A stretch of 64,000 nucleotides of DNA, taken from contig JAJPHW010000138.1 in assembly GCA_021325035.1 (NCBI GenBank), positions 6,910 through 70,909 of the forward strand, written 5' to 3'. The DNA comes from Terriglobia bacterium (GTDB lineage Bacteria > Acidobacteriota > Terriglobia > Terriglobales > Acidobacteriaceae). How positions within the stretch are numbered: position 1 is the stretch's first letter; each line of letters opens with the position of its first letter. This document shows, piece by piece, positions 44,087 to 52,068 of this stretch. A program made the translations under genes and the position numbers. The notes under the pieces are model-generated. The model made no database searches. It was not told the DNA's origin and saw only the letters and a program-made list of their open reading frames with translations.

Positions 44087-44096
44087 TATTCGGTCG

Positions 44097-44402
44097 TTAC
44101 CAGTCCCGCTCAGAGGCAGCAGCGCTTTCAGGATTTGCGAATTGGTTCCGCTTGCGATATGCCATTACGGTCACGCCCACCGATAAAAATGCCGGCGGAA
44201 TGACCAGCACCAAAATGCCGCTACGCAACGATTGAATGACACGCTGTCCAGCCGATGCCGCTTGCGTGTAACAGAGTGCGCAACTCTGGGCGTGAGCTGC
44301 CGGCAAAACGAGAGCAAGGAAACACACTCCCAACATCCAATGCCAAGCCCGAATCTGTGTGAAGCCTTTCACTCGCCCCATGGTCACAATCGCCACTCTC
44401 AA
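44097..44402 (-). CDS. Small membrane protein with a periplasmic CxxC motif (oxidase-operon associated)
   Basis: About 100 aa. It has a signal peptide ending AHA-QSCALCY and one TM helix (GILVLVIPPAFLSVGVTVMAY). Its start (TTG 44402 or ATG 44381) overlaps or abuts the subunit IV stop. Confidence 0.5.
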   Translation of the reverse strand: MRVAIVTMGRVKGFTQIRAWHWMLGVCFLALVLPAAHAQSCALCYTQAASAGQRVIQSLRSGILVLVIPPAFLSVGVTVMAYRKRNQFANPESAAASERDW

Positions 44403-44713
44403 TGATAACTCGAATATGGCACGCCGCCTACAATCCGGAAAGCATCGGGCCAGCTATATTGCAAAGTTGCCAGCACGAACAAAACAAAAATGGAGACAAA
44501 AATCAGCAATGCGCGCTTCTCGCTCCACAGGTGCATAAAGAAGAGAACGCCAAGTGCAGCTTCCAGCATCGCTAACAAAAACATGCGGACAAACATTTCC
44601 GAATAGCTGGCGGAGTGGTAGGCCACAACAAACTGCAATCCGGCAATGGCCAGAATACAAACGTAAACCACCAAGTATCTGCCAAGTCCGCTAGCTTGAT
44701 CATTTGTGCTCAT
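44399..44713 (-). CDS. Cytochrome c oxidase subunit IV (prokaryotic COX4 family)
   Basis: 104-aa ORF with three TM helices and the typical LVVYVCILAIAGLQFVVAY...FMHL pattern. Confidence 0.75.
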   Translation of the reverse strand: MSTNDQASGLGRYLVVYVCILAIAGLQFVVAYHSASYSEMFVRMFLLAMLEAALGVLFFMHLWSEKRALLIFVSIFVLFVLATLQYSWPDAFRIVGGVPYSSYH

Positions 44714-44737
44714 GATTCGGCTCCTGCGTCTGAAAAT

Positions 44738-45358
44738 TTAGTGACTCAAGTTCAACAGATAAATGAACGGAACCACGAACATCCAAACCAAATCCACAAA
44801 GTGCCAATAAAGGCCCAGCACTTCAATATCATCGGCGTTGTAACGCCCTCCTTGATAGCGGAATCCCACCACTATCAAAGCAATTACGCCGCAAGTGACG
44901 TGAAACAAGTGAAGTCCGGTAATGCTGTAAAACGCCGATCCGAATAAACCCGTTCCCCATGGATTTTTGAAAATGGTCATGCCTTCTTCGATCAGTTGAG
45001 ACCATTCCCGCAAGTGGAGCAGTCCGAACAAGATGCCGAGGGCCGCGGTCATCAAGATCCAGCGAAAGGCTTTTCCTTTGTCTCCCGCTCGCGCCGCGCG
45101 CATGCCGATCAGCATGGTCAAGCTGCTCGTGACCAGAATGAAGGTCATGATGGCGACGTTGGTAATGCTGTGGAAAGGCGTTGGCCAATTGGGCGTGGAG
45201 TTGCGCAGAAATCCATAAGCAACCAGACACGCCGCGAACGTCATAGCGTCAGAAATAATGAACAGCCACATCGCAAGCTTTTTCGAAGGAATGGAAAACG
45301 GCGACGGTTCCATGGCTCCGGATTGGTGCGCTCCGAGGGCGATATTGGCTTGGCTCAC
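44738..45358 (-). CDS. coxC: Cytochrome c oxidase subunit III family protein (second of two)
   Basis: GTG start at 45358 lies 4 nt after AGGAGG. Motifs seen: LAMWLFIISDAMTFAA, GLHLFHVTCGV, YWHFVDLVWMFV. Confidence 0.8.
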   Translation of the reverse strand: MSQANIALGAHQSGAMEPSPFSIPSKKLAMWLFIISDAMTFAACLVAYGFLRNSTPNWPTPFHSITNVAIMTFILVTSSLTMLIGMRAARAGDKGKAFRWILMTAALGILFGLLHLREWSQLIEEGMTIFKNPWGTGLFGSAFYSITGLHLFHVTCGVIALIVVGFRYQGGRYNADDIEVLGLYWHFVDLVWMFVVPFIYLLNLSH

Positions 45359-45381
45359 AGTGCCTCCTGAAATGTTGTGGT

Positions 45382-46044
45382 CTAAATCTTGCTCCAAAGC
45401 ACAAACAGCAGGTACAACCACAAGACGTCCATAAAATGCCAGTAATGCGATGCCGCATCCAGCGTGCTCTTCCGAAGAATGCCTTTATGGAAACGGCGGA
45501 TTACATATCCCAATCCTAATAGTCCGCCCAGCACATGCAGCGCATGGATAGTGGTGAACACATAGAAGAACGAGCTATTCGGACTGGTCGCGATGTAAAG
45601 CCCCTGTGCGCGCAACTGCATCCACGCGATGTATTGCCCGGCGACAAACAGCAGACCCAAGCCCATCGTGGCATGCAGCCAGAATGCAGGATTGGAAATT
45701 TTCGTTCCACCCATGAATAAAGCAATGCGCTTACGCGCAGTTTGTAAAGTGAAACTACTGATCAACAACAGAACCGTATTGAAATACAAAATCGGAGGCA
45801 GCGTTAAGTGCTTCCAATCCGGCGCTCCACCTTTGCGCACCACCAGTGCGCTGGTGAAAGCAAAAAATGACATGGTGATAGCGGCAATCCCCACCCAAAC
45901 CGCAGTACTAGCAGGAGGCGGAGAATAATTGTCCAACTTCTTGAGGTCACCCCCAGTTGTAACGTTATTTCTGCCGCCGTCGCCCGAAGTCGTGCGAGGC
46001 GTGCGGCCTAAATCAATCGGTGGTTCGTGAACAGTCGTTGCCAT
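45382..46044 (-). CDS. coxC: Cytochrome c oxidase subunit III family protein (first of two)
   Basis: 220-aa ORF with FYVFTTIHALHVLGGL and HYWHFMDVLWLYLL. Confidence 0.8.
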   Translation of the reverse strand: MATTVHEPPIDLGRTPRTTSGDGGRNNVTTGGDLKKLDNYSPPPASTAVWVGIAAITMSFFAFTSALVVRKGGAPDWKHLTLPPILYFNTVLLLISSFTLQTARKRIALFMGGTKISNPAFWLHATMGLGLLFVAGQYIAWMQLRAQGLYIATSPNSSFFYVFTTIHALHVLGGLLGLGYVIRRFHKGILRKSTLDAASHYWHFMDVLWLYLLFVLWSKI

Positions 46045-46061
46045 GAGTTACTTCTCGTCTC

Positions 46062-47870
46062 TTATTTCTCATCCCCGGGTGTTGCCACTTGCTCCGGCGA
46101 AGTTTGCATCACATAGTCGCCCATCGAGCCTTGTACCCCGTATTGATAAGGATCGTGATAGACGACGATGTGCTTGCCGTTAAAGTTGTTCCAGGACGGC
46201 GGTGAATCGGTTGACCACTCGAGCGATGTGGCCTCCCATGGATTTTCCGTCGCTTTCGCACCCCAGAAGCGGCTATGGATCAGGTTGTAAAGGAAGATAA
46301 GCTGTGCGAATCCAGTAAACAGCGCAGCCACTGTGATGAACTTGTGTACTGGAATAAGCGGTTGCAGGTAATCATCAACAAACGCCTGATAGCGGCGGAT
46401 ATTGGCGGCAAGCCCCAAATAATGAAATGGCATGAACAGGGCGTAGGCGCCGACAAACGACATCCAGAAGTGAACTCTGCCCAAGGTTTCGTTCATCATG
46501 CGTCCGGTCATCTTGGGGAACCAGAAATAGGTTCCGGCGAAGATGCCGAACATCGCCGCCACGCCCATCACCATGTGGAAGTGACCGACGACGAAATAAG
46601 TCGCGTGTAAAAGAATGTCGAGCGAAGGTTGCGCGAGGAAGAATCCGCTGACGCCCCCGCTGATAAACATGGAGATGAAACCAAGCGCGAACAGCGATGC
46701 CGAGTTAATTCGAAGGCGTGAGCCGTAGAGACTCCCCAGCCATATCAATACGATGATCGTGGCGGGAATCGTAATGACCAGCGTCGGGAAAGAAAAAACC
46801 AGAGCCGAGAACGGGTTCATGCCGCTCACAAACATGTGATGGCCATAAACCACATAGCTCAGGAAGCCAATGCCCATCATGCAATAGATAAGCACGCGAT
46901 GGCTGAGCATGGGTTTGCGCATATTCGTGACCAGAATGTGCGAAACCACGCCCATCGCAGGGACGATCGCGATATACACCTCTGGGTGCCCGAAGAACCA
47001 GAAAAGATGCTGCCACAGAAGCGTTGAGCCGCCGGAGTGAGGCAAGAGCTTGTCGTTAATCACGAGGCCCGAAGGAATAAAGAAGCTCGTTCCAGCAACG
47101 TGATCGAGAATCAGCAGAATGCAGGCCGGGAGCAGAACTGCAAATGCGGTGAGACCGATACAGGAAGTAATGAACCAAGCCCACGCGGAAAGCGGCAGGC
47201 GCATAAGCGACATGCCTTTGGTGCGCATGTCGAGAGTGGTGGAAATGAAGTTGAGAGCGCCAAGTAGCTGGCCGATGCAGAACAATCCGATCGAGGCTGC
47301 CCACAGAACCGCTCCGGTACCTTGACCGGGGCCAGACGCCGATCCGACTGCACTGAGCGGGGCATACTGCGTCCAACCGCCGAGCGTGGGGCCATCCCCG
47401 ACGATAAACGAGGCGACCAAGACGAGAAAGGCCATGAAGGTCACCCAAAACGACATCATGTTAAAACGGGGGAAGGGCATATCCTCAGCGCCGACCTGGA
47501 TGGGCAAAAAGAAATTGCCGAAGGCCGCAAATGGCGCAGTGGTCAAAACGAAAAAGACCATAATGGTGCCGTGCATGGTCATTAACTGCAAATAAAATTC
47601 AGGCGTGATTACGCCGCCCGGCGCTCCAGTGCTGGAGAGTAATTGCGTGCCGGGAATGGCCGCGTTCGTCCAGCCCAAATGGATGCGCATGATCCAGGAA
47701 AGCATCATGCCGAAAAACGCAGCCACGAGGGCCAGCGCATAGTATTGCTTGCCGATTACTTTATGGTCCGTACTGAAGATGTGCTTACGGATAAAAGTTG
47801 TCGGTGGACCATGATGCGTCGCGTGAGATACATCGTGCATGCTGCTCACCTCGAGAAAGTTTTTGCTCAC
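46062..47870 (-). CDS. coxA: Cytochrome c oxidase subunit I (haem-copper oxidase, A-type)
   Basis: 602-aa ORF with FFGHPEVYI, GMISHI-like VVSHILV and HHMFVSGM, and about 12 TM helices. Confidence 0.92.
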   Translation of the reverse strand: MSKNFLEVSSMHDVSHATHHGPPTTFIRKHIFSTDHKVIGKQYYALALVAAFFGMMLSWIMRIHLGWTNAAIPGTQLLSSTGAPGGVITPEFYLQLMTMHGTIMVFFVLTTAPFAAFGNFFLPIQVGAEDMPFPRFNMMSFWVTFMAFLVLVASFIVGDGPTLGGWTQYAPLSAVGSASGPGQGTGAVLWAASIGLFCIGQLLGALNFISTTLDMRTKGMSLMRLPLSAWAWFITSCIGLTAFAVLLPACILLILDHVAGTSFFIPSGLVINDKLLPHSGGSTLLWQHLFWFFGHPEVYIAIVPAMGVVSHILVTNMRKPMLSHRVLIYCMMGIGFLSYVVYGHHMFVSGMNPFSALVFSFPTLVITIPATIIVLIWLGSLYGSRLRINSASLFALGFISMFISGGVSGFFLAQPSLDILLHATYFVVGHFHMVMGVAAMFGIFAGTYFWFPKMTGRMMNETLGRVHFWMSFVGAYALFMPFHYLGLAANIRRYQAFVDDYLQPLIPVHKFITVAALFTGFAQLIFLYNLIHSRFWGAKATENPWEATSLEWSTDSPPSWNNFNGKHIVVYHDPYQYGVQGSMGDYVMQTSPEQVATPGDEK

Positions 47871-47895
47871 CCCATCCAGGGATGGCCTGCCTGAT

Positions 47896-48705
47896 TTACT
47901 GCAATGCCGCCTGTTGTTTCAGCCAATTGTCGTAATCGGACTGCGACATCACTTCGAGATACGCTTTCATGTTGTAGTGACCAAGTCCGCACAACTGCGT
48001 GCAGACGATTTCATACTTGCCGACCTTGGTCGCCGTGAAATGCAGCGACAGGTCGAGACCGGGGACGAAATCCTGCTGCACGCGCAATTCAGGAACAAAG
48101 AAGGAGTGCCCCAAGTCCTTTGAGTGCATCAGCAGATGGATTTCCTTGTTCACGGGGATTGCCATTTCCGCAGCGACGATGTCGTCTTTGGAGGCAGCGT
48201 CGTTCGTCGTGTCTAAGCCGAAATAGTTCTGGTTGCCTTCGTTGATCAGTTCCGGATGCAAGGGACCAAACTTCCCGTCTGGGCCGGGATAGCGGAAATA
48301 GAATGCAAACTGACCGGCCTGCACTTGTATCGGCAACGCGTCCGCGGCAGGCGGCTGGAAATACACACTGGCCCAGGCTTTGGTTCCGAAAACACCAAGC
48401 GCGAGGACCTCCGTACCCACCAACAGGAACCCAGCAATCACCATTGCCTTTGCGCCACCGGGAAAGTAGCCGAGCTTGTCTTTCGTGGTGTGGTTGCCAA
48501 ACGACCAGATGAACCATGCGAGCAGGATTTGCGAGGCCAGAAATGCCACGCCCGCTTCGATCATGGTGTCTTTCATCTGGTGGTCAATCAGATAACCATG
48601 CGTGGAAATATCCTGCGGCGCTGCGGTAAACCAACTATTGGCAATAATGGGATATGCCGAAGCAATGGCAATGACGAAAATCGTGACCGCAAAAAACTTG
48701 GCCAT
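47896..48705 (-). CDS. coxB: Cytochrome c oxidase subunit II (CuA domain only, no fused cytochrome c)
   Basis: 269-aa ORF with two N-terminal TM helices. CuA ligands: LHF...VCTQLCGLGHYNM. Confidence 0.9.
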   Translation of the reverse strand: MAKFFAVTIFVIAIASAYPIIANSWFTAAPQDISTHGYLIDHQMKDTMIEAGVAFLASQILLAWFIWSFGNHTTKDKLGYFPGGAKAMVIAGFLLVGTEVLALGVFGTKAWASVYFQPPAADALPIQVQAGQFAFYFRYPGPDGKFGPLHPELINEGNQNYFGLDTTNDAASKDDIVAAEMAIPVNKEIHLLMHSKDLGHSFFVPELRVQQDFVPGLDLSLHFTATKVGKYEIVCTQLCGLGHYNMKAYLEVMSQSDYDNWLKQQAALQ

Positions 48706-48760
48706 GACGAAACGCCTCCGAGCGAATTGAACGCGTGTTGCTGAGACCGGAACCGGGAAT

Positions 48761-48839
48761 CCGGATTTTCAAATCTCTCAAGCGGACTGTTGTGTGAGAG
48801 ATTTAAAAATCCGGCCGCCGCAACCAAATTGCAGCGGCC
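48761..48839 (-). other. Two adjacent stem-loops between the cupredoxin gene and coxB (terminator/attenuator-like)
   Basis: On the - strand RNA there are two hairpins. The first is GGCCGCUGCA-loop-UGCGGCGGCC (10 bp, one G-U), followed by GGAUUUUUAAAUC. The second has a 20-bp stem, CCGGAUUUUUAAAUCUCUCA-14 nt-UGAGAGAUUUGAAAAUCCGG (one G-U). The U-run of the first hairpin is part of the second stem. Confidence 0.55.
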
Positions 48840-48844
48840 AAATC

Positions 48845-49582
48845 TTATTTCGCCTTGAACGTAAAGTTCGCGCTCGCAGCCTTGCCCGCAGCGACGGTTA
48901 CCTGCTGCGTTTGTGTGCCATAAGTTTCCTGCCATGCAGTCAGGGTGTAGCTTCCGGGGGCTACATTCGACAACGTGAAGGCGCCACTGTCATCGCTCAC
49001 CCCATAAGGCCCTTTCACAACTGCGATATAGCCGTGCATCCAAGGGTGAATATTGCACTTCACAGGAACGGCGATTTCCTCGTTCGCCCAAGTCACGTCA
49101 AACGGCGCCGATCCGGGCGGTTGTGATTTATTCCACTCCGCATTCTTCGTTGGCTGCGGGTGAATGTTGTGCGAAGTCGAGTCGGAATTGACGACCTTCA
49201 TGTGTTGACCGGCATCGAGGGCCACAACGTGCGGAATATATTGACAGCCTTTTTGCGTCAAGGTAACGGCATCGGAAGAGGCCGCTTCGTTACCGCTCAA
49301 CCCCTGGCTAATGTAAACCACTACGTTGGCCAAACCGCCATTTGCGCCAGCGACAACCGACTCCATCATTGCCGGTTTGTCTTTATGGATCGCCGCGCAG
49401 CTGGGTTCCTTGGACATGTCAATACCCTTTTGGTGCGGAGCCACGCCATCCAGTTTCACGGTTCCAGTGATGCTGGAACCTGACGGCGGAGCCGCACTCA
49501 CGCTACTCCCCAAGATCAGCGCGCCCATCATCATAAACACTACGGCGAATAGTACAACAACTGATTTTTTATGACTTTTCAT
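48845..49582 (-). CDS. Secreted cupredoxin (type-1 copper-like) protein with CarboxypepD_reg-like C-terminal sandwich
   Basis: 245-aa ORF with a signal peptide. Candidate T1Cu ligands are SHNIH...(~37 aa)...KCNIHPWM (C-x2-H-x2-M). The C-terminus is SGAFTLSNVAPGSYTLTAWQE. Confidence 0.7.
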   Translation of the reverse strand: MKSHKKSVVVLFAVVFMMMGALILGSSVSAAPPSGSSITGTVKLDGVAPHQKGIDMSKEPSCAAIHKDKPAMMESVVAGANGGLANVVVYISQGLSGNEAASSDAVTLTQKGCQYIPHVVALDAGQHMKVVNSDSTSHNIHPQPTKNAEWNKSQPPGSAPFDVTWANEEIAVPVKCNIHPWMHGYIAVVKGPYGVSDDSGAFTLSNVAPGSYTLTAWQETYGTQTQQVTVAAGKAASANFTFKAK

Positions 49583-49611
49583 TTACTCCCTCTCCTGATT
49601 GCGAAATTGTT

Positions 49612-50514
49612 TTACGGTTGACCGCCCGACGATGCAGCCGGAGCTGCCGGCGCAGGAGCGTTCGGATCAATCGGTTTCAAACCAAGCTGCTTGGCAATGG
49701 CTCTTTCTTTCATGTTGTAAGCATTCTTGGGTTGGAGCGTACGCAGATAGAAAACGAGATCCCAAGCCTCATCTGGTTTCACATTGTCAATGAAGGATGG
49801 CATCGGTGTCCCGTCCAAACCAGACATGAAGATCTTGTAGATGTCGCGATCCGTGCTTCCGCATTTAGGCCGCGAGCCTTCGGTGAAATTGTACGGCTTG
49901 ATGGGACGATTTTGATCGTCCTGAAGGGTGTCCGACGATGGCCCATTTGCCCGACCTTCGACACCGTGACACTTCCAGCACTCCAGCTTTTGGAACAAAG
50001 CCTGCCCCGCTTTGACGCGGTCAGCTGTAACTTCTGGTTCAGCCGGAATCGGGAAAACTTCTCCAGCCTTTTCGGTGGTCCACTTCGATGAGAAGTGTTT
50101 GACGTAGGCCACTAAATCAACTTTGTCCTGATTGGTGAGCTGGTTCCAAATTGGCATGACCGAACGGTCAAAACCTCGCCCGACGGAGTTGTAAAGGTCT
50201 TCGTCGGTCGGCAGGGTACCACTCGGCGTCGAGCGGCACTTGAACTGACCCAGCGTGAAGTTGCGGGGTTGAGGATCAAGCCATTGGGCATTTTCACCTT
50301 GGCCGTCGCCCTCGACGCCGTGACAGCCTACGCAATAACGGCGGTAATTCGCCTGAGCATCGGCGGCGTGTCCGGTGTATTTGCCGACGTGGGCTTCCAT
50401 GTTAAGCCGTTGATCTTCCTGGTACTTTGTCATTTGCGCCCAGGAGACCGCGGACATCAAGAGCAGCGAAGCTGCCCCCAGCAGTAACGACGATTTCATG
50501 AATTTGGTTTCCAT
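49612..50514 (-). CDS. Dihaem c-type cytochrome
   Basis: 300-aa ORF with a signal/anchor peptide. It has two CxxCH motifs (CVGCH, CWKCH) with candidate distal Met (SVMPIW, TPMPSF). Its start is 11 nt after the upstream stop. Confidence 0.85.
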   Translation of the reverse strand: METKFMKSSLLLGAASLLLMSAVSWAQMTKYQEDQRLNMEAHVGKYTGHAADAQANYRRYCVGCHGVEGDGQGENAQWLDPQPRNFTLGQFKCRSTPSGTLPTDEDLYNSVGRGFDRSVMPIWNQLTNQDKVDLVAYVKHFSSKWTTEKAGEVFPIPAEPEVTADRVKAGQALFQKLECWKCHGVEGRANGPSSDTLQDDQNRPIKPYNFTEGSRPKCGSTDRDIYKIFMSGLDGTPMPSFIDNVKPDEAWDLVFYLRTLQPKNAYNMKERAIAKQLGLKPIDPNAPAPAAPAASSGGQP

Positions 50515-50525
50515 CGTTTTCTCTC

Positions 50526-51884
50526 CTAGAATGCAAAGTCAAATCCCAGCAACAACTCGCTGCTGGTCAGGTCTGTGCCATCTGGCGCCGCCTTGGACTG
50601 TCGTAGCCAGTTGTACTCGTTATGCCAGGCAAAACCAGCCCGGCTGGTCATGATCGGCATGTAGCGGTAGCCGATCGTGAAGGTCTGAATATTGCCCGCG
50701 TCGGAGGGTGTCGCCGCCAACGCTTGCTGCGAAACGTTGATGCCCTCATATCTCCCGATGAAAATAAGCTGCGGACTGAACACGTAATGGGGCTCAACCA
50801 GGAAGCCATTCCATGTCGCATTCCGCGCTCCAGCGGGAAGCGCTCCCGAAGGTACGTTACCCGGAACCGGGTTGTAGGGCGAAGTTGCAGTTGCGAAATA
50901 CTTGTCATCGGAACCGTGCTGCGTAACCACCTGGAAGTCAAGTTTTCCTAGGTATATTTGGCCGGTAAATCCATAGCGGCTGAAACTCTTGTTCCCAAAA
51001 CCCGTGCCGGGAATCGGAACCCCTCCGGAGCTTAGGAATTGGGTCGGAGCCTCGCCGACCATGGCATAGAAGCCGAGCCTTTGCACGCCCAACTTTCCAG
51101 TATCAAAAGCTTGGCTCGCTGCAAAGAATCCGCTGTAGGAATTGCCGGCAGGCAAGCCGACCGTCCCGTCGTTCGAACTTAACAAGGCTGCCGAAACGCG
51201 GGTGCGGTCGTTATAGGAGTGACCCATGTATTCCACGCCCAGTTGGTTGTCGCCGATCTGGCCATAGCCGTTGGTGTCTCCCAGTGGCGAGAAGTGATAG
51301 AGCTGATAAATTCCACCGTTCCCAGTCAGAGTCAGAATGCGCTTTTCGGAGAGCAGGTTGTCCAATTCAAACTTACCCAGCTTCACGTTGAGCCACGTCG
51401 AGCCGAACAGGTTGTCGAGCCGGGCCATCACCGTTTCAAAGTGGAAGGAAGCAGTGTTGTCGGAAGAAGGGAGCACGTAAAACGAAATATTTTTATCCAG
51501 CGTGCCGCCGGTATGGAAGTCGAGGCCACTTAGGTCAAAACCGTGAGAAGTAATTTGAACTTCGCCGGTGTTCGGCCCTGCCGCCGTATCTACGCCAACC
51601 TTGTCGGTGCTTACACGATGCCAAATTGGAGTAATACGAAAGGTCACCGGCCAGTAAGAAGGGTTTTGCCAGATTGGGGCATCCCTGTCATTCATAAGCT
51701 GGTAGCCATTGTCTTTAAACTTTTGACCAAATGGATTCAGTTGGGGCCACGCTTCGTGGCAGGCAGAACAACGCAGTCCGTACTTGCGAGCAAAAGCCGG
51801 TAAGGCATGGGCATCACTAAAACCGGCAAACACAAAGCAAGCAAGGAAAAGCAGGCCCGCGACCCACTTACGGGGGAGACTCAT
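50526..51884 (-). CDS. Putative fused monohaem cytochrome c / outer-membrane beta-barrel protein (Cyc2-like architecture)
   Basis: ATG at 51884 after AGGAGGA, with a signal peptide ending DAHA. The single CSACH lies in LPAFARKYGLRCSACHEAWPQLNPFG. It is followed by ~420 aa with about 16 amphipathic strand-like segments and the terminus ...LLLGFDFAF. Confidence 0.65.
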   Translation of the reverse strand: MSLPRKWVAGLLFLACFVFAGFSDAHALPAFARKYGLRCSACHEAWPQLNPFGQKFKDNGYQLMNDRDAPIWQNPSYWPVTFRITPIWHRVSTDKVGVDTAAGPNTGEVQITSHGFDLSGLDFHTGGTLDKNISFYVLPSSDNTASFHFETVMARLDNLFGSTWLNVKLGKFELDNLLSEKRILTLTGNGGIYQLYHFSPLGDTNGYGQIGDNQLGVEYMGHSYNDRTRVSAALLSSNDGTVGLPAGNSYSGFFAASQAFDTGKLGVQRLGFYAMVGEAPTQFLSSGGVPIPGTGFGNKSFSRYGFTGQIYLGKLDFQVVTQHGSDDKYFATATSPYNPVPGNVPSGALPAGARNATWNGFLVEPHYVFSPQLIFIGRYEGINVSQQALAATPSDAGNIQTFTIGYRYMPIMTSRAGFAWHNEYNWLRQSKAAPDGTDLTSSELLLGFDFAF

Positions 51885-51974
51885 TCGATCCTCCTGAAAC
51901 GGAAGCATTTTAGAAGCAAGCACTGAGAACACGCGCAGTGACCGGGAGTTATTTTCTAGTGCACGTGGACGCAC

Positions 51975-52004
51975 TAATTATCATGAGAAAAAATTTGGTG
52001 TCAA
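51975..52004 (-). promoter_or_regulatory. Putative strong sigma70 promoter of the cytochrome-porin/oxidase cluster
   Basis: On the - strand: TTGACA, 18-nt spacer, TAATTA with an extended -10 TG (caTGaTAATTA). It lies ~90 nt upstream of the ATG at 51884 and is followed by an AGTGC-N8-GCACT inverted repeat. Confidence 0.5.
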
Positions 52005-52068
52005 GGGGAAATATCAAAAGCAGTAGTAGATTTCTTTTCGCAGGGAGAAAAGTGCCGCCAAGATTCGG

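Noticed and set aside
44738-46044. Two subunit III genes interpreted as a split pseudogene
   Set aside because: Both ORFs have their own start context and complete sets of subunit III motifs (the FH..HV and YWHF.D..W regions). To my recollection, duplicated subunit III-like genes also occur in other A-type oxidase operons.
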